Shown: positions 1-7,939 of the stretch, in pieces
Position numbering within the stretch: the stretch's first letter is position 1
Layout of the letters: each line of letters starts with the position of its first letter
Origin: Flexivirga sp.
GTDB taxonomy: Bacteria > Actinomycetota > Actinomycetes > Actinomycetales > Dermatophilaceae
Length of the DNA: 64,000 nucleotides
Assembly: GCF_051955415.1 (NCBI RefSeq)
Contig: NZ_JBQCGS010000071.1
Coordinates: 688 to 64,687, forward strand
Direction: 5' to 3'
The notes under the pieces: model-generated
Seen by the model: the letters and a program-made list of their open reading frames with translations, nothing else
What the model was told of the DNA's origin: nothing
Database searches by the model: none
Program-made: the position numbers and the translations under genes

Positions 1-54
1 GCATCTCGACAACAAGCGGCAGTTCGTCAATCTTGGCTGCATCTCGACAGGACT

Positions 55-2709
55 TTAGAAGTTCTGCGCCATGTTGGTGAACCGTGAGTAGTGCCCTTGG
101 AACGCCACGGTGATCGTGTCGGTTGGACCATTACGGTGCTTGGCGACAATCAGGTCGGCTTCGCCGGCGCGCTCGGACTCGCGGTCGTAGGAATCCTCGC
201 GGTGCAGCAGGATCACCATGTCGGCGTCCTGCTCGATGCTGTTATGGGCGGCAATCCCGTTGGCGATGAAGTTGTGGCTGCCAATCACGGTAGCGTCGAA
301 TACCTCCTCGACACCTTCGAGATCGATCGACACGACGCTGTCCCAGAAAACGTCGTTCACACACATCAGCTCAAGTTCAGCGCTGTCGAGCAGTGTCGCG
401 ACACGACCGAGCCGCTCACGCGAAGGCGCGTGCTTCCACATCGTCGAGCCACAGAACTGCGTGCCCATCGCCGCGGCGAACTCGCGATGCGTCATCCCGC
501 GTTCAGTGAGCACTTCCCTGACGGTGTCCCAAACAGGTGTCGGAACGGTATCTACGTTGGTGTTGGAGCTGGTCTCGCGAACGATGGCGAGCAGCCGGGT
601 AGCGTGCACGCCGCGATCACCAAAGACGCCAATCTCCTGCAGGAACCGGCGTTGACTGTCGGACCCGGAGATGTCAATCGTGTAGCCGTCGCGATATCCG
701 TTCTTCCGGGTGACCCGCGTACGTGTGGAAATGCCGAAGCGCAACAGCAGCAGGCTCAGGTCATCGACCAGCCGCCGCGACGTCGACGCGTAGTAGATGC
801 GACCACCTTTACCGGATTTGTTTACCGTGACCGAGCCGTCCGTCGCCCAAATGTGCTTCAGAAAGAGTGCGATCTGCCGCTTGGAGGCATGGAACATCGA
901 CTCCGGCACGAACTTTTCGTGACTGCGCAGTCCGAATAATCCGAGCCCATCGAGCCACTCCGCAATCGGATTACGGCGCCCGTGCGTCAACCGGTACGGC
1001 GCGCGAAGCCTCAGCGTGGTGACCCTCGCAGCGGCGTAGTCATCCCTGACAGCCACCACCCCGAAACCGCCGAGCGCCGCCTTGCTGACCGCCTCCAGGT
1101 TGTGCTCGTCGATGCTGGCGTATCGGATGGGTTGCTTCTTGACGAAGGATCCGTCACCGATGAGATGTGCCAGAAGGATGACCTTGTCGTCTTCCCACGG
1201 CTCGAACCGTTCGGGAGCGGGAACGTGCCGCGGCACCGCGAGTCGGTCACCAGCGTGCAAGTCTCCCAGCTGCTGCCAGCCGCCATACGTCAGGAAACGG
1301 TGGTTCTCGGTCGCGCGGATCGTCTTGCCCGACCCGAGCGTCATCCGAAAGACCGGCCGCATCCCGGTGGAGAAGGCGTGGGTGAGGGGTCTGACGACAT
1401 ACCGCAGCGAGTCGTCGAGTGCCCAGATCGGGATTTCCTTCTCGCCCGTCCTCGCGAGTTCACCGATCGACACTTCCGCGCCCGTGTCGGCGCGTAGGAG
1501 TCGCGTGTCACCGGTCAGGCAACCGGACTCGCGCAGATCTGACATCTGGGGGCGCTTGTCAGTGCGTTGCTCGGGACCACGGTTCAGCTGGCTGATCGCG
1601 ATGACCGGGACGTTGATCTCCTTGGCCAGTAGCTTCAGCGCACGGGAAAACTCCGACACTTCCTGCTGCCGGGACTCAACGCGCTTGCCCGACGTCATCA
1701 GCTGCAGGTAGTCGATGACCACCAGCTTCAGGTCGTTGCGCTCCTTCAGACGCCGACACTTCGAGCGAATCTCCATCAGCGACATGTTCGGCGAATCATC
1801 AATGAACAATGGCGCATCCGCCACCTTGCCCATCGTGGTCGCCAGCCGCGTCCAGTCCTCGTCGCGCATGGTGCCCTTGCGCATGTGCTGCAGCTGTATC
1901 CCGCCCTCCGCGGACAGCAGCCGCATAGAGATCTCGGTCTTGCTCATTTCCAGCGAGAAGATCGCTGACGCCATACCAGCCTTGATCGAGCACGCCCGGG
2001 CAATGTCTAGACCAATCGTTGACTTGCCCACAGCAGGCCTGGCCGCGATGACGATCATCTGACCCGGGTGCAGACCGTTGGTCAGCGCGTCGAGGTCGGT
2101 GAAGCCGGTGGGCACGCCGACCATCTGACCGTTGGTGCTGCTGGCGGCGTCGATCTCATCGGCGGTCTCGGCGATGATCTCGCCGAGCCGGACGTAGTCC
2201 TCGGCTTCCTTGCCGGCGGTGACGCCGAAGACCTCGGCCTGGGCGGCGTTGATGACGTCCACGACGTCGCCGCCGCCGTCGGCATACCCCATCTGCACGA
2301 TGCGGGTGCCGGCCGTGACCAGGCGACGGAGGACGGCGCGCTCGGCGACGATCTCGGCGTAGTAGCCGGCGTTGGCGGCGGTCGGCACACCCTGGATCAG
2401 CTCGTGCAGGTAGGCCTGGCCGCCGATGCGGCTCAGCTCGCCGCGTTTGGTCAGCTCGTCGGCGACGGTGATCGCGTCGGCCGGCTCCCCGCGCCCGTAG
2501 AGGTCGATGATGGCTTCATAGATCGCCTCGTGCGCCGGCCGGTAGAAGTCGCGCCCGTCCACGGCCTCGGCCGCGTCGGCGATCGCATCCTTGGACAGCA
2601 GCATGCTGCCGAGCACCGACTGCTCCGCTGGAACGTCCTGCGGCGGGACCAATCCGCCCCCGTGGCCACCTTCGTCGGTGTAGTCCGGGGGAAGCTCAGC
2701 AATCGCCAC
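55..2709 (-). CDS. dnaB: Replicative DNA helicase DnaB (intein-containing precursor)
   Basis: ORF 55..2991(-). Exteins read as canonical DnaB (PPQDVPAEQSVLGSML..., Walker A ARPAVGKST, ...QMSDLRESG | SIEQDADMVILLHRED...). Start trimmed to in-frame GTG at 2709 with AAGGAG 7 nt upstream. No ATG lies upstream of the conserved N-terminus. Confidence 0.93.
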   Translation of the reverse strand: MAIAELPPDYTDEGGHGGGLVPPQDVPAEQSVLGSMLLSKDAIADAAEAVDGRDFYRPAHEAIYEAIIDLYGRGEPADAITVADELTKRGELSRIGGQAYLHELIQGVPTAANAGYYAEIVAERAVLRRLVTAGTRIVQMGYADGGGDVVDVINAAQAEVFGVTAGKEAEDYVRLGEIIAETADEIDAASSTNGQMVGVPTGFTDLDALTNGLHPGQMIVIAARPAVGKSTIGLDIARACSIKAGMASAIFSLEMSKTEISMRLLSAEGGIQLQHMRKGTMRDEDWTRLATTMGKVADAPLFIDDSPNMSLMEIRSKCRRLKERNDLKLVVIDYLQLMTSGKRVESRQQEVSEFSRALKLLAKEINVPVIAISQLNRGPEQRTDKRPQMSDLRESGCLTGDTRLLRADTGAEVSIGELARTGEKEIPIWALDDSLRYVVRPLTHAFSTGMRPVFRMTLGSGKTIRATENHRFLTYGGWQQLGDLHAGDRLAVPRHVPAPERFEPWEDDKVILLAHLIGDGSFVKKQPIRYASIDEHNLEAVSKAALGGFGVVAVRDDYAAARVTTLRLRAPYRLTHGRRNPIAEWLDGLGLFGLRSHEKFVPESMFHASKRQIALFLKHIWATDGSVTVNKSGKGGRIYYASTSRRLVDDLSLLLLRFGISTRTRVTRKNGYRDGYTIDISGSDSQRRFLQEIGVFGDRGVHATRLLAIVRETSSNTNVDTVPTPVWDTVREVLTERGMTHREFAAAMGTQFCGSTMWKHAPSRERLGRVATLLDSAELELMCVNDVFWDSVVSIDLEGVEEVFDATVIGSHNFIANGIAAHNSIEQDADMVILLHREDSYDRESERAGEADLIVAKHRNGPTDTITVAFQGHYSRFTNMAQNF
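241..1521 (-). mobile_element. DnaB intein with LAGLIDADG homing-endonuclease domain (427 codons, in frame)
   Basis: Insertion between ...DLRESG and SIEQDAD.... First residue is Cys (codon 1519-1521, CLTGDTRLL). Last residues are His-Asn (241-246, ...IAAHN), followed by Ser. Two LAGLIDADG blocks: LLAHLIGDGS and LKHIWATDGS. Confidence 0.9.
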
Positions 2710-2864
2710 GCACGCTCTCCTTGCGACCGTTTTCGGACATGTGTCTACTGCACCACAAGGGTGTGACAGTGGTTGGCAACCGGGGTGCGTGACACGCGAA
2801 GTGGCCACGCTAGAACCGATTCGCCGCCCCCGCAAACGACCGCTCAGATGCGCTCGGGACAACC

Positions 2865-2929
2865 TGTGGACAACGTGTGGAGGAGTCGGTATGTCGTGTG
2901 CACGAGCCTGGGGACAGCGGTGTGGATAA
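2865..2929 (-). promoter_or_regulatory. DnaA-box pair upstream of dnaB
   Basis: TGTGGACAA (2865-2873) and TGTGGATAA (2921-2929) read TTGTCCACA and TTATCCACA on the - strand. Both are perfect DnaA-box 9-mers about 155-220 nt upstream of the dnaB start. A degenerate TGTGGAGGA lies at 2876-2884. Confidence 0.5.
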
Positions 2930-2991
2930 CCATGTGGGTGTGTCGCCCTCGGCGCGCTGACCTGCGCAAACGCGCGACCGCCGTTGTGCAC

Positions 2992-3022
2992 AAGAAAAAA
3001 GTTTGGCGTGTTTGTGACGCCA
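2992..3022 (-). terminator. Rho-independent terminator after the 3101..4027 gene
   Basis: On the - strand: TGGCGT-CACAAAC-ACGCCA hairpin followed by AACTTTTTTCTT, about 80 nt downstream of the stop at 3101. Confidence 0.6.
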
Positions 3023-3100
3023 GTTACCCACAGCGCCGTGGTGGCGGCGTGCCGCCACAGCGGGTCTGCGGATCGTGCCCGCGCACGGATTGCAGGCGGC

Positions 3101-4027
3101 TCAGCGAACCAGCCGTCCGGTCGCCTCGAGCACCTGGATCGGCTGCGCCGGACCGGTGACCGTAGCCGTGCCTGGAAGGTCGGTGAACGGCCCGCCGTCC
3201 ACCGAGAACTGGCCGCCGTAGACCGTGGTGACCGACGCGCTCACGGTGCCGCGCTGGGCGTAGGTATGCCGCACGTCGCCGTCCGGGTAGCCGCCGCCAC
3301 GAGACTCCGTCGGCCCCAGTGAGGCGCCGTCGCCGAAGTGGAACGTGTTGGACTTCAGCACCGGCTTGATGCGGACCTGGTGACCCAGCAGCGTGACGGT
3401 GCGGACCTCGTCCGGCCCGTAGCCGGCACCGGAGAAGTCGGCGGTGAAGATGTTGGGCAGGTTGACCAGCGTGCGGTTGCCGACCGGCTCCATGGTCGCC
3501 TTCGGTCTGACGAACGGTGTCCTGATGAACTCCGACCGGATCATAGCGACCGTGAGCTCCGGCTTCGACTTGGCTCCCGGAACCAACTTCGGCCAGCACG
3601 TCTCCCCGACGTTGTGCCAGCCGTCCTTTCCCTTCGGTTCCGTCAGACGGCGGAAAACGGTCTTCAACGGGCCCTCCGCGTCCTTGACGTCGATGCACGT
3701 CTTGAACGCCTTCTCGCAACCGACTTCGTTCTTTTCGGGATCATTGTTGGCCGGGCAGGCAAGAGCCACTCGATACTCGTATGGCACGAGTTTCACGACA
3801 TGTTTCTTGCCTTCGGTAACTGTGGACTTTCCCTTTTTCGGCAACCGTGACGTCTGTCCTCGGGACATACCAGCGTAAGTGCCGTCGCCATCCGTCTCGC
3901 CGCAAACACCGTTGATACACTTGCCTCTTGACTGATGCGGCGCCCCTATAGCGGCCGTGGAGTTACTTACGTTAGTCGCCACGATCGCTATTAGGACCGC
4001 CGACGCCAGTCCCCAACCGTTCACCAT
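3101..4027 (-). CDS. Secreted/membrane-anchored Cys-rich hypothetical protein
   Basis: ORF 3101..4081(-). Start moved to ATG at 4027 (MVNGWGLASAVLIAIVATNV, hydrophobic N-terminus), which overlaps the upstream stop (ATGgTGA). Eight Cys in the N-terminal half. I recognise no family. Confidence 0.65.
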   Translation of the reverse strand: MVNGWGLASAVLIAIVATNVSNSTAAIGAPHQSRGKCINGVCGETDGDGTYAGMSRGQTSRLPKKGKSTVTEGKKHVVKLVPYEYRVALACPANNDPEKNEVGCEKAFKTCIDVKDAEGPLKTVFRRLTEPKGKDGWHNVGETCWPKLVPGAKSKPELTVAMIRSEFIRTPFVRPKATMEPVGNRTLVNLPNIFTADFSGAGYGPDEVRTVTLLGHQVRIKPVLKSNTFHFGDGASLGPTESRGGGYPDGDVRHTYAQRGTVSASVTTVYGGQFSVDGGPFTDLPGTATVTGPAQPIQVLEATGRLVR

Positions 4028-4674
4028 GAACTTGAATCTGCTACCTGCATCGAATTCACCCGCCACCCTGCGGCCGTCCACCTTAAATCAATGACCCAGA
4101 TGTACACCGGATCCTTCGGGTAGTGTTTCACAACAGCCCCCGTATCTGCGTCGATCAGGTCCACGTCCATCGGTTCAATCTTCATCCAAACAGCGTTCGC
4201 TCGCCATTCGGACTCAAGGATCTTCCCTTCGGGTCCACTGAATTTCTGGCCGTCCTGGACATTCGACCGCACGGTTTCGGCAAAGTTTCGACATGTCTTA
4301 CAAGAATCCGTCGCCAGTTTTTCGAGCACATCTACTTTGGGTTCCACCGCGGTCTTATTGACGGTGTCCCAGTAATGCCGCGCGAATGCCACTGCACCAG
4401 CCTCCGTGTGCTGCCGCGCGGCGTCCGGCACACCGGGCGCGCCGGCCGCCGTACCGCTCGAGGACGGCGTCGCGGATGACGACGGCGAGGTGGCCGTGGC
4501 GGAACTGCTGGTCGATGTCTGTGGCGGGGCAGGTTCCCCGGAGCTGGTGCCGGGGTTCGTCCTGTGCGATGCGGTCGACGACGAGCCACCGCCGCTCGAA
4601 CCGCCGCTGCAGCCGGCCGCTGCCAGCACCGCGAGCAGCGTCGCGGTGGCGGCCATGGCGCGTGAGTTCCGCAT
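4021..4674 (-). CDS. Lipoprotein, DUF6318-like C-terminal domain
   Basis: ORF 4021..4749(-). Start at ATG 4674 (MRNSRAMAATATLLAVLAAAGCSGG, lipobox LAAAGC) with GGGAGGG 9 nt upstream. S/T/P-rich linker, then AARQHTEAGAVAFARHYWDTVN...C..C... pattern typical of actinobacterial DUF6318 (family name from memory). Confidence 0.75.
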   Translation of the reverse strand: MRNSRAMAATATLLAVLAAAGCSGGSSGGGSSSTASHRTNPGTSSGEPAPPQTSTSSSATATSPSSSATPSSSGTAAGAPGVPDAARQHTEAGAVAFARHYWDTVNKTAVEPKVDVLEKLATDSCKTCRNFAETVRSNVQDGQKFSGPEGKILESEWRANAVWMKIEPMDVDLIDADTGAVVKHYPKDPVYIWVIDLRWTAAGWRVNSMQVADSSSW

Positions 4675-4845
4675 CGGTGACATCCCTCCCTGAGTGGAAC
4701 CTGAGTGCCCCGCGATTATCGGCGCCCTGTCGGGCGCAAAACCGGCCAACCGATTAAAACTTTGGTCAAGAAGCGGCGCGGCGCGGCATACCCGACCCCG
4801 CGATCATGCCAAGCCGATGGGTCACGGCGCAGAAGTTGTCCACAG

Positions 4846-4854
4846 GCACCCACC
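4846..4854 (+). promoter_or_regulatory. Isolated perfect DnaA box TTGTCCACA
   Basis: Exact 9-mer in the spacer between the lipoprotein gene start (4674) and the NlpC/P60 gene stop (5076). Confidence 0.4.
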
Positions 4855-4936
4855 CCGCCCACCGGACCACGCGCGCCGAGCGGTCGATGGATGTCGCCAG
4901 AGCACCGGCTCAGTGCATCGGCTGACCTCTCGGCGC

Positions 4937-5003
4937 CGCGCACCGTCGCTGCGCCGCGCGACGTCGCTGCGCCACGCGACGTCACTGCGCCACGCGATCC
5001 GCC
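4937..5003. repeat. 18-bp tandem repeat, about 3.7 units
   Basis: CGCGCACCGTCGCTGCGC / CGCGCGACGTCGCTGCGC / CACGCGACGTCACTGCGC / CACGCGATCCGCC, head to tail, intergenic. Confidence 0.85.
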
Positions 5004-5016
5004 CGGCATATGCACC

Positions 5017-5052
5017 GCGGCCACGGTCACTCGACGGAGTGACCGTGGCCGC
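5017..5052 (-). terminator. Perfect 16-bp stem hairpin downstream of NlpC/P60 gene
   Basis: GCGGCCACGGTCACTC-GACG-GAGTGACCGTGGCCGC, 24 nt after the stop at 5076. No U-tract, so it is terminator-like only. Confidence 0.55.
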
Positions 5053-5075
5053 GTGGACCGGACGGCGAGCTGCGC

Positions 5076-6167
5076 TCAGCGCAACGTGCCGTAGTTGGTC
5101 GGCGTCGTCCAGATCGTCTGGAGCTTGACCACGTCGCCGGGGACCGGCGCCGCGATCATCATGCCGGGGCTGACGTAGATGCCCACGTGATACGCCGGCG
5201 CACCGAAGAAGACCAGGTCACCCGGCTGCGGGCTGGTCGTCTTCTTCATGTAGGCCTGCTGCTGGCTGGCCGTGCGCGGGATGTAGAGCCCGGCCTGCTT
5301 GTACACGTATGACGTGAGTCCCGAGCAGTCGAAGCCCTGCGACGGGGACGAGCCGCCCCACACGTAGGGCACACCCAGGTACTTCTGCGCGATCGAGACG
5401 ACCGCGGAGAGACCCTGGTTGCTCGACGGCGGCGGTGGGGTCGGCGTCGGCGTCGGGTCGCTGCCACACGGGAAGCCGCCCAGCGCGCTCCAGGTCATCG
5501 GGCCGATGATGCCATCGGCCACCAGACCCTTGCTGGCCTGGAACGCCTTCACCCGCGACAGCGTGTCGGCACCGAAGACACCGTCGACGGACAGACCGCC
5601 GAGGTCCCGCTGCGCGCTCGACACGTAGCCGCCCGTGGCGCCATACCGCAGCACACTGACCTTGCAGGTCGGCGGCGGAGGCGTCGGCGTCGGCGTGGGT
5701 GTCGGCTTCGGCGCCGGGTTCGTGGTGGCCCCCGGGAAACCCCCCAAGGCGTTCCACGTCGCCGGTCCGACGATGCCGTCGACGGCCAGGTGATGCGCAC
5801 GCTGGAAGGACTTCACCTTCGAAAGCGTGAGCGCCCCGAAGACGCCGTCCGTCGCCAGCCCACCCAGCCGCTGCTGCAGCGTCTTGACGTAACTGCCTGT
5901 TGATCCGTAGCGCAGGTAAACCACGGTTGCCGGCGCGGCGGTGCGAACACCACCGGTCGACGCGCTGCTGCGCTGCCCTGACGCGCTCGAGCCGCTGCCG
6001 GGATCGGCATACGACGGAGCAGCCTGCACGAGGCTGGCAACGGTCGCCGGGACGCTGAGGAGCGTTCCGGTCACCGCCAGACCCTTGCGGGAGGTGATCG
6101 CCGGGGCGACCTTGGCTGACAGCCCAGGCCGTGGTTTGCGATGTCTCGGAGTAGTAATCGTGGCCAT
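5076..6167 (-). CDS. NlpC/P60 (C40) peptidoglycan endopeptidase with two PG_binding_1 domains
   Basis: ORF 5076..6386(-). Two copies of LRYGxTGxYV...GGLxxDGVFGxxTxxxVKxFQ...LxxDGIxGPxTWxALG, then the YVWGGSSPSQGFDCSGLTSYVY...HVGIYV catalytic core. Start set to ATG 6167 (MATITTPRHRKP..., GAGAGGG upstream). Confidence 0.9.
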   Translation of the reverse strand: MATITTPRHRKPRPGLSAKVAPAITSRKGLAVTGTLLSVPATVASLVQAAPSYADPGSGSSASGQRSSASTGGVRTAAPATVVYLRYGSTGSYVKTLQQRLGGLATDGVFGALTLSKVKSFQRAHHLAVDGIVGPATWNALGGFPGATTNPAPKPTPTPTPTPPPPTCKVSVLRYGATGGYVSSAQRDLGGLSVDGVFGADTLSRVKAFQASKGLVADGIIGPMTWSALGGFPCGSDPTPTPTPPPPSSNQGLSAVVSIAQKYLGVPYVWGGSSPSQGFDCSGLTSYVYKQAGLYIPRTASQQQAYMKKTTSPQPGDLVFFGAPAYHVGIYVSPGMMIAAPVPGDVVKLQTIWTTPTNYGTLR

Positions 6168-6722
6168 GTGACCCTCTCGGTACTCGTCCAGTCCTGAAAC
6201 GCGCGCAGGGGGATGACACGCGTGCCGTGTCATCCCCCGATGTCGCCTACTCCTTCCCCGAAGAAGGCGCTGCACGAGCACTGATGATGCCGGTGGTTTC
6301 GAACCTGTGAAAGACGCGAATTCTGAGTACGAATGGGCCGTTGTGACGGCTGTGACTGGTGTGATTGCAGTGAATTTGCGGTGCACACGGGGCTGTTGCG
6401 CGCCGGTGTTGCAATTTCAACGAAACTGCGCCGAAGTGGCTGCTTTTAGCAGCTCACGCCGCAAAATGATTCGAACGACACGCCGAACTGAAAGTTTTCA
6501 GGAAACGTCTCATCATATGAGATGTGAGCGTTCTGCAACCAACCTTCCGTCCGGCAGCCGCGTCCGCGCGGGCCGCCGCAGGAGGTATGCCGCGCCTCCC
6601 CGCGCCCACCGGCGGGCGGCTGCCGGCGCCTCCTGTCGCCTCGCGCGCGCATCCACCACGGCCGTGATCGCCGGCCCACAAGCGCTCAGGAGCGCCTTAC
6701 AGGCCGTGTGACGGTAGCGAGA

Positions 6723-6753
6723 AGCCCCGCCGACCAACCGGGTCGACGGGGCT
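6723..6753 (-). terminator. Hairpin downstream of the second NlpC/P60 gene
   Basis: AGCCCCGCCGACC-aaccg-GGTCGACGGGGCT (13-bp stem with one mismatch), 40-70 nt below the stop at 6791. Confidence 0.5.
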
Positions 6754-6790
6754 TTCTCGGACGCGGCGGGACCGCGCTCGCAGGGGGGCC

Positions 6791-7573
6791 TCAGATGCGG
6801 CCGAAGTAGTGGCTGCCCCAGAGGTTCTGGACGCCGACCACGGTGCCGGGACGGCGGGCGGCGATCATCTTGCCGCCACCGAGGTAGATGCCGGTGTGGT
6901 AGGCGGGGTAACCCCAGAAGATCAGGTCACCGGGACGCGGGCTCGAGACCCGGGTGGCACGGGCGGCCTGCGCCGACGCGGTGCGCGGGATGCTCTTGCC
7001 GGCCTGGCGGTAGACGTACTGCGTGAAGCCGGAGCAGTCGAAGCCGGAGCGCGAGTCGCCACCGTAGCGGTATGGCGTGCCGCGCAGACTCATCGCGATC
7101 GACACGATGGAGGACGAGTGCGCCTTCGGTGCGGGCTTCGGGGCCGAGGTGGGGGCGCCGCCGGAGCCGCCGAGCGCTCGCCAGGTGTGCGGACCGACGA
7201 TGCCGTCGGCGGCCAGTCGGTGCGCGCGCTGGAACGACTTGACCTTGCTGCGCGTGCGCGCGCCGAAGATGCCGTCGACGGCCAGGCCATGCAGCTTGCG
7301 CTGGACCGTCTTGACCGCGCTGCCGCGCGAGCCGTAGCGGACGGTCGGGCCGACGCGCACGGTGGCGGCGAGATGGCCGGCGGCCTGGACGTGGCTGGCG
7401 GCGTGCACGGTGGTCGCCCGCACGAGGCCGGCGCCGGGAGCCGCCGAGGCGCTCTCCATGCCGGCGACCGGAACGACGACCGCGCCGACTGCGGCGACGG
7501 CGACGCCACGGCGCCCGAACTTGTTCAGAATCTTCGGCTCACGCTTCAAGTGACGCGGGGAGTACGAACCCAT
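6791..7573 (-). CDS. NlpC/P60 (C40) peptidoglycan endopeptidase with one PG_binding_1 domain
   Basis: 260 aa. N-terminal signal-like segment, VRYGSRGSAVKTVQRKLHGLAVDGIFGARTRSKVKSFQRAHRLAADGIVGPHTWRALG, then YRYGGDSRSGFDCSGFTQYVY...HTGIYLG. Confidence 0.9.
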   Translation of the reverse strand: MGSYSPRHLKREPKILNKFGRRGVAVAAVGAVVVPVAGMESASAAPGAGLVRATTVHAASHVQAAGHLAATVRVGPTVRYGSRGSAVKTVQRKLHGLAVDGIFGARTRSKVKSFQRAHRLAADGIVGPHTWRALGGSGGAPTSAPKPAPKAHSSSIVSIAMSLRGTPYRYGGDSRSGFDCSGFTQYVYRQAGKSIPRTASAQAARATRVSSPRPGDLIFWGYPAYHTGIYLGGGKMIAARRPGTVVGVQNLWGSHYFGRI

Positions 7574-7744
7574 GAATCAAGGGACCCTTCGAATGGACTG
7601 CAGTGACGAACGGGTGCGGGCGCCGTTGCCCCGGAGCGATCCGCCCCCACCCAGGTTGTGCAGCCGACTCCCCGAATTTCGCCGGTGGCACGGTCACTGA
7701 CTATGACGCATGCGGACGCCTTCCCAAAGTCGTTCGCGGATATC

Positions 7745-7771
7745 TGTGGACAACCGTTCAGCTGTGGACGC
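7745..7771 (-). promoter_or_regulatory. DnaA box (perfect) plus a degenerate neighbour
   Basis: TGTGGACAA at 7745-7753 (= TTGTCCACA on - strand) and TGTGGACGC at 7763-7771 (2 mismatches). Both lie in the divergent region between the P60 gene and the MATE gene. Confidence 0.4.
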
Positions 7772-7809
7772 CGGCGCTCGCCCGTTCGGACCGAGTTGGC
7801 CTCGTGATC

Positions 7810-7835
7810 ATTCCGTGATATTCCGCAGCATTCCG
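7810..7835 (+). promoter_or_regulatory. Three ATTCCG hexamers at exact 10-bp spacing
   Basis: ATTCCGtgatATTCCGcagcATTCCG (7810, 7820, 7830). This is a direct-repeat array of the kind bound by response regulators, in a divergent promoter region. Confidence 0.4.
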
Positions 7836-7939
7836 CGGTTCCGGTCGGCGCGCGGCAAACCGGCGCCACCGCACGGGTCCGCGGCAACGGCGAGCCGAAC
7901 CTGAGACGGCGGCGTCTCACATGACAAGACACGATTTAC

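Noticed and set aside
1-54. GCATCTCGACA direct repeat (1-11 and 39-49) downstream of dnaB as another member of the dispersed repeat family
   Set aside because: Only the short GCATCTCG(A/G) head resembles copy E. The rest is AT-richer and unalignable, and the window edge prevents seeing the full context.
2741-2800. GTCAC-containing half sites (GTGTCACGC, CTGTCACAC on the - strand) upstream of dnaB as MtrA boxes
   Set aside because: The spacing and sequence do not match the direct-repeat MtrA motif as I remember it. Two loose hexamers are not evidence.
6168-7930. ydaO/c-di-AMP riboswitch upstream of the two NlpC/P60 genes
   Set aside because: I looked for the conserved core (GGGGA..., GGGGUGAAUC, ACCCGAAYCCGNCAGCUAAC). 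The 7574-7700 leader has CGGGGAGUC, GGGGGCGGAUC and CCCGCACCCG, but neither leader has the CAGCUAAC element. I cannot support the call without a covariance-model scan.
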